A program made the position numbers and the translations under genes. A DNA stretch of 64,000 nt from Nemertoderma westbladi (taxonomy: Eukaryota; Animalia; Xenacoelomorpha): positions 1 to 64,000 of the forward strand of contig JAUCBJ010005423.1 of NCBI GenBank assembly GCA_032718475.1, read 5' to 3'. This document shows positions 1 through 15,000 of this stretch, piece by piece. The stretch's first letter is position 1. Each line of letters starts with the position of its first letter. The notes under the pieces are model-generated. The model was given only the letters and a program-made list of their open reading frames with translations, ran no database searches and was not told the DNA's origin.

Positions 1-96
1 GGGTGATAGGGAGTTGTGGCGGTGCAATTTTGTTGACAAGCCGGCACAGCATTCTTAAAAATGCAGCTGCAATGCAGCATGCCGATCCTAGTAGTA
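1..96 (+). mobile_element. 3' end of RTE-clade non-LTR retrotransposon (ORF end, short 3' UTR, (TAG)n tail)
   Basis: From base 2 it reads GDRELWRCNFVDKPAQHS* (stop 56-58), then the 3' UTR and TAGTAGTA (89-96). It is nearly identical to the reverse complement of ~47280-47375, the 3' end of the RT-encoding RTE copy at 47149-49520. Confidence 0.92.
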
Positions 97-3000
97 ACTT
101 ACATCAATGTCTGTTAATTAATATTCCTTGTATAACTTACATCTGTTAATAAATATTCCTTGTATAACTTACATCGATGTCTGTTAATAAATATTCCTTG
201 TATAACTTACGTCGATGTCTGTTAATTAATATTCCTTGTATAACTTACATCGATGTCTGTTAATTAATATTCCTTGTATAACTTACATCAATATCTGTTA
301 ATAAATATTCCTTGTATAACTTACATCGATGTCTGTTAATTAATATTCCTTGTATAACTTACGTCTGTTAATTAATATTCCTTGTATAACTTACATCGAT
401 GTCTGTTAATTAATATTCCTTGTATAACTTACATCGATGTCTGTTAATTAATATTCCTTGTATAACTTACATCGATGTCTGTTAATTAATATTCCTTGTA
501 TAACTTACGTCTGTTAATTAATATTCCTTGTATAACTTACATCGATGTCTGTTAATTAATATTCCTTGTATAACTTACATCAATATCTGTTAATTAATAT
601 TCCTTGTATAACTTACATCGATGTCTGTTAATTAATATTCCTTGTATAACTTACATCGATGTCTGTTAATTAATATTCCTTGTATAACTTACATCGATGT
701 CTGTTAATTAATATTCCTTGTATAACTTACATCGATGTCTGTTAATTAATATTCCTTGTATAACTTACATCGATGTCTGTTAATTAATATTCCTTGTATA
801 ACTTACATCGATATCTGTTAATAAATATTCCTTGTATAACTTACGTCTGTAAATTAATATTCCTTGTATAACTTACATCGATGTCTGTTAATTAATATTC
901 CTTGTATAACTTACATCGATGTCTGTTAATTAATATTCCTTGTATAACTTACATCGATGTCTGTTAATTAATATTCCTTGTATAACTTACATCGATGTCT
1001 GTTAATTAATATTCCTTGTATAACTTACATCGATGTCTGTTAATTAATATTCCTTGTATAACTTACGTCTGTTAATTAATATTCCTTGTATAACTTACAT
1101 CGATGTCTGTTAATTAATATTCCTTGTATAACTTACATCAATATCTGTTAATTAATATTCCTTGTATAACTTACATCGATGTCTGTTAATTAATATTCCT
1201 TGTATAACTTACGTCTGTTAATTAATATTCCTTGTATAACTTACATCGATGTCTGTTAATTAATATTCCTTGTATAACTTACATCGATGTCTGTTAATTA
1301 ATATTCCTTGTATAACTTACATCGATGTCTGTTAATTAATATTCCTTGTATAACTTACATCGACGTCTGTTAATTAATATTCCTTGTATAACTTACATCA
1401 ATATCTGTTAATTAATATTCCTTGTATAACTTACGTCGATGTCTGTTAATTAATATTCCTTGTATAACTTACATCGATGTCTGTTAATTAATATTCCTTG
1501 TATAACTTACGTCTGTTAATTAATATTCCTTGTATAACTTACATCGATGTCTGTTAATTAATATTCCTTGTATAACTTACATCGATGTCTGTTAATTAAT
1601 ATTCCTTGTATAACTTACGTCTGTTAATTAATATTCCTTGTATAACTTACATCGATGTCTGTTAATTAATATTCCTTGTATAACTTACATCGACGTCTGT
1701 TAATTAATATTCCTTGTATAACTTACATCAATATCTGTTAATTAATATTCCTTGTATAACTTACGTCGATGTCTGTTAATTAATATTCCTTGTATAACTT
1801 ACGTCTGTTAATTAATATTCCTTGTATAACTTACATCGATGTCTGTTAATTAATATTCCTTGTATAACTTACATCGATGTCTGTTAATTAATATTCCTTG
1901 TATAACTTACATCGATGTCTGTTAATTAATATTCCTTGTATAACTTACATCGATGTCTGTTAATTAATATTCCTTGTATAACTTACATCGATGTCTGTTA
2001 ATTAATATTCCTTGTATAACTTACGTCTGTTAATTAATATTCCTTGTATAACTTACATCGATGTCTGTTAATTAATATTCCTTGTATAACTTACATCAAT
2101 ATCTGTTAATTAATATTCCTTGTATAACTTACATCGATGTCTGTTAATTAATATTCCTTGTATAACTTACATCAATATCTGTTAATTAATATTCCTTGTA
2201 TAACTTACATCGATGTCTGTTAATTAATATTCCTTGTATAACTTACATCGATGTCTGTTAATTAATATTCCTTGTATAACTTACATCGACGTCTGTTAAT
2301 TAATATTCCTTGTATAACTTACATCAATATCTGTTAATTAATATTCCTTGTATAACTTACGTCGATGTCTGTTAATTAATATTCCTTGTATAACTTACAT
2401 CGATGTCTGTTAATTAATATTCCTTGTATAACTTACGTCTGTTAATTAATATTCCTTGTATAACTTACATCGATGTCTGTTAATTAATATTCCTTGTATA
2501 ACTTACATCGATGTCTGTTAATTAATATTCCTTGTATAACTTACGTCTGTTAATTAATATTCCTTGTATAACTTACATCGATGTCTGTTAATTAATATTC
2601 CTTGTATAACTTACATCGACGTCTGTTAATTAATATTCCTTGTATAACTTACATCAATATCTGTTAATTAATATTCCTTGTATAACTTACGTCGATGTCT
2701 GTTAATTAATATTCCTTGTATAACTTACATCGATGTCTGTTAATTAATATTCCTTGTATAACTTACGTCTGTTAATTAATATTCCTTGTATAACTTACAT
2801 CGATGTCTGTTAATTAATATTCCTTGTATAACTTACGTCTGTTAATTAATATTCCTTGTATAACTTACATCGATGTCTGTTAATTAATATTCCTTGTATA
2901 ACTTACATCGATGTCTGTTAATTAATATTCCTTGTATAACTTACATCGATGTCTGTTAATTAATATTCCTTGTATAACTTACGTCGATGTCTGTTAATTA

Positions 3001-6000
3001 ATATTCCTTGTATAACTTACGTCTGTTAATTAATATTCCTTGTATAACTTACATCAATATCTGTTAATTAATATTCCTTGTATAACTTACATCGATGTCT
3101 GTTAATTAATATTCCTTGTATAACTTACATCGATGTCTGTTAATTAATATTCCTTGTATAACTTACGTCTGTTAATTAATATTCCTTGTATAACTTACAT
3201 CGATGTCTGTTAATTAATATTCCTTGTATAACTTACATCGATGTCTGTTAATTAATATTCCTTGTATAACTTACATCAATATCTGTTAATTAATATTCCT
3301 TGTATAACTTACGTCGATGTCTGTTAATTAATATTCCTTGTATAACTTACATCGATGTCTGTTAATTAATATTCCTTGTATAACTTACATCGATGTCTGT
3401 TAATTAATATTCCTTGTATAACTTACATCGATGTCTGTTAATTAATATTCCTTGTATAACTTACATCGATGTCTGTTAATTAATATTCCTTGTATAACTT
3501 ACATCGATGTCTGTTAATTAATATTCCTTGTATAACTTACGTCTGTTAATTAATATTCCTTGTATAACTTACATCGATGTCTGTTAATTAATATTCCTTG
3601 TATAACTTACATCGATGTCTGTTAATTAATATTCCTTGTATAACTTACATCAATATCTGTTAATTAATATTCCTTGTATAACTTACGTCGATGTCTGTTA
3701 ATTAATATTCCTTGTATAACTTACATCGATGTCTGTTAATTAATATTCCTTGTATAACTTACATCGATGTCTGTTAATTAATATTCCTTGTATAACTTAC
3801 ATCGATGTCTGTTAATTAATATTCCTTGTATAACTTACATCGATGTCTGTTAATTAATATTCCTTGTATAACTTACATCGATGTCTGTTAATTAATATTC
3901 CTTGTATAACTTACGTCTGTTAATTAATATTCCTTGTATAACTTACATCGATGTCTGTTAATTAATATTCCTTGTATAACTTACATCGATGTCTGTTAAT
4001 TAATATTCCTTGTATAACTTACATCGATGTCTGTTAATTAATATTCCTTGTATAACTTACATCGATGTCTGTTAATTAATATTCCTTGTATAACTTACAT
4101 CGATGTCTGTTAATTAATATTCCTTGTATAACTTATATCGATGTCTGTTAATTAATATTCCTTGTATAACTTACATCGATGTCTGTTAATTAATATTCCT
4201 TGTATAACTTACATCGATGTCTGTTAATTAATATTCCTTGTATAACTTACATCGATGTCTGTTAATTAATATTCCTTGTATAACTTACGTCTGTTAATTA
4301 ATATTCCTTGTATAACTTACATCGATGTCTGTTAATTAATATTCCTTGTATAACTTACATCGATGTCTGTTAATTAATATTCCTTGTATAACTTACATCA
4401 ATATCTGTTAATTAATATTCCTTGTATAACTTACATCGATGTCTGTTAATTAATATTCCTTGTATAACTTACATCGATGTCTGTTAATTAATATTCCTTG
4501 TATAACTTACATCGATGTCTGTTAATTAATATTCCTTGTATAACTTACATCGATGTCTGTTAATTAATATTCCTTGTATAACTTACGTCTGTAAATTAAT
4601 ATTCCTTGTATAACTTACATCGATGTCTGTTAATTAATATTCCTTGTATAACTTACATCGATGTCTGTTAATTAATATTCCTTGTATAACTTACATCGAT
4701 GTCTGTTAATTAATATTCCTTGTATAACTTACATCGATGTCTGTTAATTAATATTCCTTGTATAACTTACATCGATGTCTGTTAATTAATATTCCTTGTA
4801 TAACTTACATCGATGTCTGTTAATTAATATTCCTTGTATAACTTACATCGATGTCTGTTAATTAATATTCCTTGTATAACTTACGTCTGTAAATTAATAT
4901 TCCTTGTATAACTTACATCGATGTCTGTTAATTAATATTCCTTGTATAACTTACATCGATGTCTGTAATTAATATTCCTTGTATAACTTACGTCTGTAAA
5001 TTAATATTCCTTGTATAACTTACATCGATGTCTGTTAATTAATATTCCTTGTATAACTTACATCGATGTCTGTTAATTAATATTCCTTGTATAACTTACA
5101 TCGATGTCTGTTAATTAATATTCCTTGTATAACTTACATCGATGTCTGTTAATTAATATTCCTTGTATAACTTACATCGATGTCTGTTAATTAATATTCC
5201 TTGTATAACTTACATCGATGTCTGTTAATTAATATTCCTTGTATAACTTACATCGATGTCTGTTAATTAATATTCCTTGTATAACTTACGTCTGTAAATT
5301 AATATTCCTTGTATAACTTACATCGATGTCTGTTAATTAATATTCCTTGTATAACTTACATCGATGTCTGTTAATTAATATTCCTTGTATAACTTACATC
5401 GATGTCTGTTAATTAATATTCCTTGTATAACTTACATCGATGTCTGTTAATTAATATTCCTTGTATAACTTACATCGATGTCTGTTAATTAATATTCCTT
5501 GTATAACTTACGTCTGTAAATTAATATTCCTTGTATAACTTACATCGATGTCTGTTAATTAATATTCCTTGTATAACTTACATCGATGTCTGTAAATTAA
5601 TATTCCTTGTATAACTTACATCGATGTCTGTTAATTAATATTCCTTGTATAACTTACATCGATGTCTGTTAATTAATATTCCTTGTATAACTTACATCGA
5701 TGTCTGTTAATTAATATTCCTTGTATAACTTACATCGATGTCTGTTAATTAATATTCCTTGTATAACTTACATCGATGTCTGTTAATTAATATTCCTTGT
5801 ATAACTTACATCGATGTCTGTTAATTAATATTCCTTGTATAACTTACGTCTGTAAATTAATATTCCTTGTATAACTTACATCGATGTCTGTTAATTAATA
5901 TTCCTTGTATAACTTACATCGATGTCTGTTAATTAATATTCCTTGTATAACTTACATCGATGTCTGTTAATTAATATTCCTTGTATAACTTACGTCTGTA

Positions 6001-9000
6001 AATTAATATTCCTTGTATAACTTACATCGATGTCTGTTAATTAATATTCCTTGTATAACTTACGTCTGTAAATTAATATTCCTTGTATAACTTACATCGA
6101 TGTCTGTTAATTAATATTCCTTGTATAACTTACATCGATGTCTGTTAATTAATATTCCTTGTATAACTTACATCGATGTCTGTTAATTAATATTCCTTGT
6201 ATAACTTACATCGATGTCTGTTAATTAATATTCCTTGTATAACTTACATCGATGTCTGTTAATTAATATTCCTTGTATAACTTACATCGATGTCTGTTAA
6301 TTAATATTCCTTGTATAACTTACGTCTGTAAATTAATATTCCTTGTATAACTTACATCGATGTCTGTTAATTAATATTCCTTGTATAACTTACATCGATG
6401 TCTGTTAATTAATATTCCTTGTATAACTTACATCGATGTCTGTTAATTAATATTCCTTGTATAACTTACATCGATGTCTGTTAATTAATATTCCTTGTAT
6501 AACTTACATCGATGTCTGTTAATTAATATTCCTTGTATAACTTACATCGATGTCTGTTAATTAATATTCCTTGTATAACTTACATCGATGTCTGTTAATT
6601 AATATTCCTTGTATAACTTACGTCGATGTCTGTTAATTAATATTCCTTGTATAACTTACATCGACGTCTGTTAATTAATATTCCTTGTATAACTTACATC
6701 GATGTCTGTTAATTAATATTCCTTGTATAACTTACATCGATATCTGTTAATTAATATTCCTTGTATAACTTACATCAATATCTGTTAATTAATATTCCTT
6801 GTATAACTTACATCGATGTCTGTTAATTAATATTCCTTGTATAACTTACATCAATATCTGTTAATTAATATTCCTTGTATAACTTACGTCGATGTCTGTT
6901 AATTAATATTCCTTGTATAACTTACATCGATGTCTGTTAATTAATATTCGTTGTATAACTTACGTCTGTTAATTAATATTCCTTGTATAACTTACATCGA
7001 TGTCTGTTAATTAATATTCCTTGTATAACTTACATCGATGTCTGTTAATTAATATTCCTTGTATAACTTACATCGATGTCTGTTAATTAATATTCCTTGT
7101 ATAACTTACATCTGTTAATAAATATTCCTTGTATAACTTACATCGATGTCTGTTAATTAATATTCCTTGTATAACTTACATCGATGTCTGTTAATTAATA
7201 TTCCTTGTATAACTTACATCAATATCTGTTAATTAATATTCCTTGTATAACTTACGTCGATGTCTGTTAATTAATATTCCTTGTATAACTTACATCGATG
7301 TCTGTTAATTAATATTCGTTGTATAACTTACGTCTGTTAATTAATATTCCTTGTATAACTTACATCGATGTCTGTTAATTAATATTCCTTGTATAACTTA
7401 CATCGATGTCTGTTAATTAATATTCCTTGTATAACTTACATCTGTTAATAAATATTCCTTGTATAACTTACATCGATGTCTGTTAATTAATATTCCTTGT
7501 ATAACTTACATCGATGTCTGTTAATTAATATTCCTTGTATAACTTACATCAATATCTGTTAATTAATATTCCTTGTATAACTTACGTCGATGTCTGTTAA
7601 TTAATATTCCTTGTATAACTTACATCGATGTCTGTTAATTAATATTCGTTGTATAACTTACGTCTGTTAATTAATATTCCTTGTATAACTTACATCGATG
7701 TCTGTTAATTAATATTCCTTGTATAACTTACGTCTGTTAATTAATATTCCTTGTATAACTTACATCGATGTCTGTTAATTAATATTCCTTGTATAACTTA
7801 CATCGATGTCTGTTAATTAATATTCCTTGTATAACTTACATCGATGTCTGTTAATTAATATTCCTTGTATAACTTACGTCTGTTAATTAATATTCCTTGT
7901 ATAACTTACATCGATGTCTGTTAATTAATATTCCTTGTATAACTTACATCAATATCTGTTAATTAATATTCCTTGTATAACTTACATCGATGTCTGTTAA
8001 TTAATATTCCTTGTATAACTTACATCGATGTCTGTTAATTAATATTCCTTGTATAACTTACATCGATGTCTGTTAATTAATATTCCTTGTATAACTTACA
8101 TCAATATCTGTTAATTAATATTCCTTGTATAACTTACATCGATGTCTGTTAATTAATATTCCTTGTATAACTTACATCGATGTCTGTTAATTAATATTCC
8201 TTGTATAACTTACATCGATGTCTGTTAATTAATATTCCTTGTATAACTTACATCGATGTCTGTTAATTAATATTCCTTGTATAACTTACATCGATGTCTG
8301 TTAATTAATATTCCTTGTATAACTTACATCGATGTCTGTTAATTAATATTCCTTGTATAACTTACGTCTGTTAATTAATATTCCTTGTATAACTTACGTC
8401 AATGTCTGTTAATTAATATTCCTTGTATAACTTACGTCTGTTAATTAATATTCCTTGTATAACTTACGTCTGTTAATTAATATTCCTTGTATAACTTACG
8501 TCTGTTAATTAATATTCCTTGTATAACTTACATCGATGTCTGTTAATTAATATTCCTTGTATAACTTACATCGATGTCTGTTAATTAATATTCCTTGTAT
8601 AACTTACATCGATGTCTGTTAATTAATATTCCTTGTATAACTTACGTCTGTTAATTAATATTCCTTGTATAACTTACATCGATGTCTGTTAATTAATATT
8701 CCTTGTATAACTTACATCAATATCTGTTAATTAATATTCCTTGTATAACTTACATCGATGTCTGTTAATTAATATTCCTTGTATAACTTACATCAATATC
8801 TGTTAATTAATATTCCTTGTATAACTTACATCGATGTCTGTTAATTAATATTCCTTGTATAACTTACATCGATGTCTGTTAATTAATATTCCTTGTATAA
8901 CTTACATCGATGTCTGTTAATTAATATTCCTTGTATAACTTACGTCTGTTAATTAATATTCCTTGTATAACTTACGTCAATGTCTGTTAATTAATATTCC

Positions 9001-12000
9001 TTGTATAACTTACGTCTGTTAATTAATATTCCTTGTATAACTTACGTCAATGTCTGTTAATTAATATTCCTTGTATAACTTACGTCTGTTAATTAATATT
9101 CCTTGTATAACTTACATCGATGTCTGTTAATTAATATTCCTTGTATAACTTACGTCGATGTCTGTTAATTAATATTCCTTGTATAACTTACGTCGATGTC
9201 TGTTAATTAATATTCCTTGTATAACTTACATCGATGTCTGTTAATTAATATTCCTTGTATAACTTACATCGATGTCTGTTAATTAATATTCCTTGTATAA
9301 CTTACGTCGATGTCTGTTAATTAATATTCCTTGTATAACTTACATCGATGTCTGTTAATTAATATTCCTTGTATAACTTACATCGATGTCTGTTAATTAA
9401 TATTCCTTGTATAACTTACGTCTGTTAATTAATATTCCTTGTATAACTTACATCGATGTCTGTTAATTAATATTCCTTGTATAACTTACGTCTGTTAATT
9501 AATATTCCTTGTATAACTTACATCGATGTCTGTTAATTAATATTCCTTGTATAACTTACATCGATGTCTGTTAATTAATATTCCTTGTATAACTTACGTC
9601 GATGTCTGTTAATTAATATTCCTTGTATAACTTACGTCTGTTAATTAATATTCCTTGTATAACTTACATCGACGTCTGTTAATTAATATTCCTTGTATAA
9701 CTTACATCGATGTCTGTTAATTAATATTCCTTGTATAACTTACATCGATGTCTGTTAATTAATATTCCTTGTATAACTTACGTCGATGTCTGTTAATTAA
9801 TATTCCTTGTATAACTTACATCGATGTCTGTTAATTAATATTCCTTGTATAACTTACATCGATGTCTGTTAATTAATATTCCTTGTATAACTTACATCGA
9901 TGTCTGTTAATTAATATTCCTTGTATAACTTACGTCTGTTAATTAATATTCCTTGTATAACTTACATCGATGTCTGTTAATTAATATTCCTTGTATAACT
10001 TACGTCTGTTAATTAATATTCCTTGTATAACTTACATCGATGTCTGTTAATTAATATTCCTTGTATAACTTACATCGATGTCTGTTAATTAATATTCCTT
10101 GTATAACTTACATCGATGTCTGTTAATTAATATTCCTTGTATAACTTACATCGATGTCTGTTAATTAATATTCCTTGTATAACTTACGTCTGTTAATTAA
10201 TATTCCTTGTATAACTTACATCGATGTCTGTTAATTAATATTCCTTGTATAACTTACGTCTGTTAATTAATATTCCTTGTATAACTTACATCGATGTCTG
10301 TTAATTAATATTCCTTGTATAACTTACATCGATGTCTGTTAATTAATATTCCTTGTATAACTTACATCGATGTCTGTTAATTAATATTCCTTGTATAACT
10401 TACATCGATGTCTGTTAATTAATATTCCTTGTATAACTTACGTCTGTTAATTAATATTCCTTGTATAACTTACATCGATGTCTGTTAATTAATATTCCTT
10501 GTATAACTTACATCGATGTCTGTTAATTAATATTCCTTGTATAACTTACATCAATATCTGTTAATTAATATTCCTTGTATAACTTACATCGATGTCTGTT
10601 AATTAATATTCCTTGTATAACTTACATCAATATCTGTTAATTAATATTCCTTGTATAACTTACATCAATATCTGTTAATTAATATTCCTTGTATAACTTA
10701 CATCGATGTCTGTTAATTAATATTCCTTGTATAACTTACATCGATGTCTGTTAATTAATATTCCTTGTATAACTTACATCGATGTCTGTTAATTAATATT
10801 CCTTGTATAACTTACATCGATGTCTGTTAATTAATATTCCTTGTATAACTTACATCAATATCTGTTAATTAATATTCCTTGTATAACTTACATCGATGTC
10901 TGTTAATTAATATTCCTTGTATAACTTACATCGATGTCTGTTAATTAATATTCCTTGTATAACTTACATCGATGTCTGTTAATTAATATTCCTTGTATAA
11001 CTTACATCAATATCTGTTAATTAATATTCCTTGTATAACTTACATCAATATCTGTTAATTAATATTCCTTGTATAACTTACATCGATGTCTGTTAATTAA
11101 TATTCCTTGTATAACTTACATCGATGTCTGTTAATTAATATTCCTTGTATAACTTACATCGATGTCTGTTAATTAATATTCCTTGTATAACTTACATCGA
11201 TATCTGTTAATTAATATTCCTTGTATAACTTACATCGATATCTGTTAATTAATATTCCTTGTATAACTTACATCGATGTCTGTTAATTAATATTCCTTGT
11301 ATAACTTACATCGATATCTGTTAATTAATATTCCTTGTATAACTTACATCGATGTCTGTTAATTAATATTCCTTGTATAACTTACATCGATGTCTGTTAA
11401 TTAATATTCCTTGTATAACTTACATCGATGTCTGTTAATTAATATTCCTTGTATAACTTACATCGATGTCTGTTAATTAATATTCCTTGTATAACTTACA
11501 TCGATGTCTGTTAATTAATATTCCTTGTATAACTTACATCGATGTCTGTTAATTAATATTCCTTGTATAACTTACATCGATGTCTGTTAATTAATATTCC
11601 TTGTATAACTTACATCGATGTCTGTTAATTAATATTCCTTGTATAACTTACATCGATGTCTGTTAATTAATATTCCTTGTATAACTTACATCGATGTCTG
11701 TTAATTAATATTCCTTGTATAACTTACATCGATGTCTGTTAATTAATATTCCTTGTATAACTTACATCGATGTCTGTTAATTAATATTCCTTGTATAACT
11801 TACATCGATGTCTGTTAATTAATATTCCTTGTATAACTTACATCGATGTCTGTTAATTAATATTCCTTGTATAACTTACATCGATGTCTGTTAATTAATA
11901 TTCCTTGTATAACTTACATCGATGTCTGTTAATTAATATTCCTTGTATAACTTACATCGATGTCTGTTAATTAATATTCCTTGTATAACTTACATCGATG

Positions 12001-15000
12001 TCTGTTAATTAATATTCCTTGTATAACTTACATCGATGTCTGTTAATTAATATTCCTTGTATAACTTACATCGATGTCTGTTAATTAATATTCCTTGTAT
12101 AACTTACATCGATGTCTGTTAATTAATATTCCTTGTATAACTTACATCGATGTCTGTTAATTAATATTCCTTGTATAACTTACATCGATGTCTGTTAATT
12201 AATATTCCTTGTATAACTTACATCGATGTCTGTTAATTAATATTCCTTGTATAACTTACATCGATGTCTGTTAATTAATATTCCTTGTATAACTTACATC
12301 GATGTCTGTTAATTAATATTCCTTGTATAACTTACATCGATGTCTGTTAATTAATATTCCTTGTATAACTTACATCGATGTCTGTTAATTAATATTCCTT
12401 GTATAACTTACATCGATGTCTGTTAATTAATATTCCTTGTATAACTTACATCGATGTCTGTTAATTAATATTCCTTGTATAACTTACATCGATGTCTGTT
12501 AATTAATATTCCTTGTATAACTTACATCGATGTCTGTTAATTAATATTCCTTGTATAACTTACATCGATGTCTGTTAATTAATATTCCTTGTATAACTTA
12601 CATCGATGTCTGTTAATTAATATTCCTTGTATAACTTACATCGATGTCTGTTAATTAATATTCCTTGTATAACTTACATCGATGTCTGTTAATTAATATT
12701 CCTTGTATAACTTACATCGATATCTGTTAATTAATATTCCTTGTATAACTTACATCGATGTCTGTTAATTAATATTCCTTGTATAACTTACATCGATGTC
12801 TGTTAATTAATATTCCTTGTATAACTTACATCGATGTCTGTTAATTAATATTCCTTGTATAACTTACATCGATGTCTGTTAATTAATATTCCTTGTATAA
12901 CTTACATCGATGTCTGTTAATTAATATTCCTTGTATAACTTACATCAATATCTGTTAATTAATATTCCTTGTATAACTTACATCAATATCTGTTAATTAA
13001 TATTCCTTGTATAACTTACATCGATGTCTGTTAATTAATATTCCTTGTATAACTTACATCGATGTCTGTTAATTAATATTCCTTGTATAACTTACATCGA
13101 TATCTGTTAATTAATATTCCTTGTATAACTTACATCGATGTCTGTTAATTAATATTCCTTGTATAACTTACATCGTTCTGTTAATTAATATTCCTTGTAT
13201 AACTTACATCGATGTCTGTTAATTAATATTCCTTGTATAACTTACATCGATGTCTGTTAATTAATATTCCTTGTATAACTTACATCGATGTCTGTTAATT
13301 AATATTCCTTGTATAACTTACATCGATGTCTGTTAATTAATATTCCTTGTATAACTTACATCGATGTCTGTTAATTAATATTCCTTGTATAACTTACATC
13401 GATGTCTGTTAATTAATATTCCTTGTATAACTTACATCGATGTCTGTTAATTAATATTCCTTGTATAACTTACATCGATGTCTGTTAATTAATATTCCTT
13501 GTATAACTTACATCGATGTCTGTTAATTAATATTCCTTGTATAACTTACATCGATGTCTGTTAATTAATATTCCTTGTATAACTTACATCGATGTCTGTT
13601 AATTAATATTCCTTGTATAACTTACATCGATGTCTGTTAATTAATATTCCTTGTATAACTTACATCGATGTCTGTTAATTAATATTCCTTGTATAACTTA
13701 CATCGATGTCTGTTAATTAATATTCCTTGTATAACTTACATCGATGTCTGTTAATTAATATTCCTTGTATAACTTACATCGATGTCTGTTAATTAATATT
13801 CCTTGTATAACTTACATCGATGTCTGTTAATTAATATTCCTTGTATAACTTACATCGATGTCTGTTAATTAATATTCCTTGTATAACTTACATCGATGTC
13901 TGTTAATTAATATTCCTTGTATAACTTACATCGATGTCTGTTAATTAATATTCCTTGTATAACTTACATCGATGTCTGTTAATTAATATTCCTTGTATAA
14001 CTTACATCGATGTCTGTTAATTAATATTCCTTGTATAACTTACATCGATGTCTGTTAATTAATATTCCTTGTATAACTTACATCGATGTCTGTTAATTAA
14101 TATTCCTTGTATAACTTACATCGATGTCTGTTAATTAATATTCCTTGTATAACTTACATCGATGTCTGTTAATTAATATTCCTTGTATAACTTACATCGA
14201 TGTCTGTTAATTAATATTCCTTGTATAACTTACATCGATGTCTGTTAATTAATATTCCTTGTATAACTTACATCGATGTCTGTTAATTAATATTCCTTGT
14301 ATAACTTACATCGATGTCTGTTAATTAATATTCCTTGTATAACTTACATCGATGTCTGTTAATTAATATTCCTTGTATAACTTACATCGATGTCTGTTAA
14401 TTAATATTCCTTGTATAACTTACATCGATGTCTGTTAATTAATATTCCTTGTATAACTTACATCGATGTCTGTTAATTAATATTCCTTGTATAACTTACA
14501 TCGATGTCTGTTAATTAATATTCCTTGTATAACTTACATCGATGTCTGTTAATTAATATTCCTTGTATAACTTACATCGATGTCTGTTAATTAATATTCC
14601 TTGTATAACTTACATCGATGTCTGTTAATTAATATTCCTTGTATAACTTACATCGATGTCTGTTAATTAATATTCCTTGTATAACTTACATCGATGTCTG
14701 TTAATTAATATTCCTTGTATAACTTACATCGATGTCTGTTAATTAATATTCCTTGTATAACTTACATCGATGTCTGTTAATTAATATTCCTTGTATAACT
14801 TACATCGATGTCTGTTAATTAATATTCCTTGTATAACTTACATCGATGTCTGTTAATTAATATTCCTTGTATAACTTACATCGATGTCTGTTAATTAATA
14901 TTCCTTGTATAACTTACATCGATGTCTGTTAATTAATATTCCTTGTATAACTTACATCGATGTCTGTTAATTAATATTCCTTGTATAACTTACATCGATG

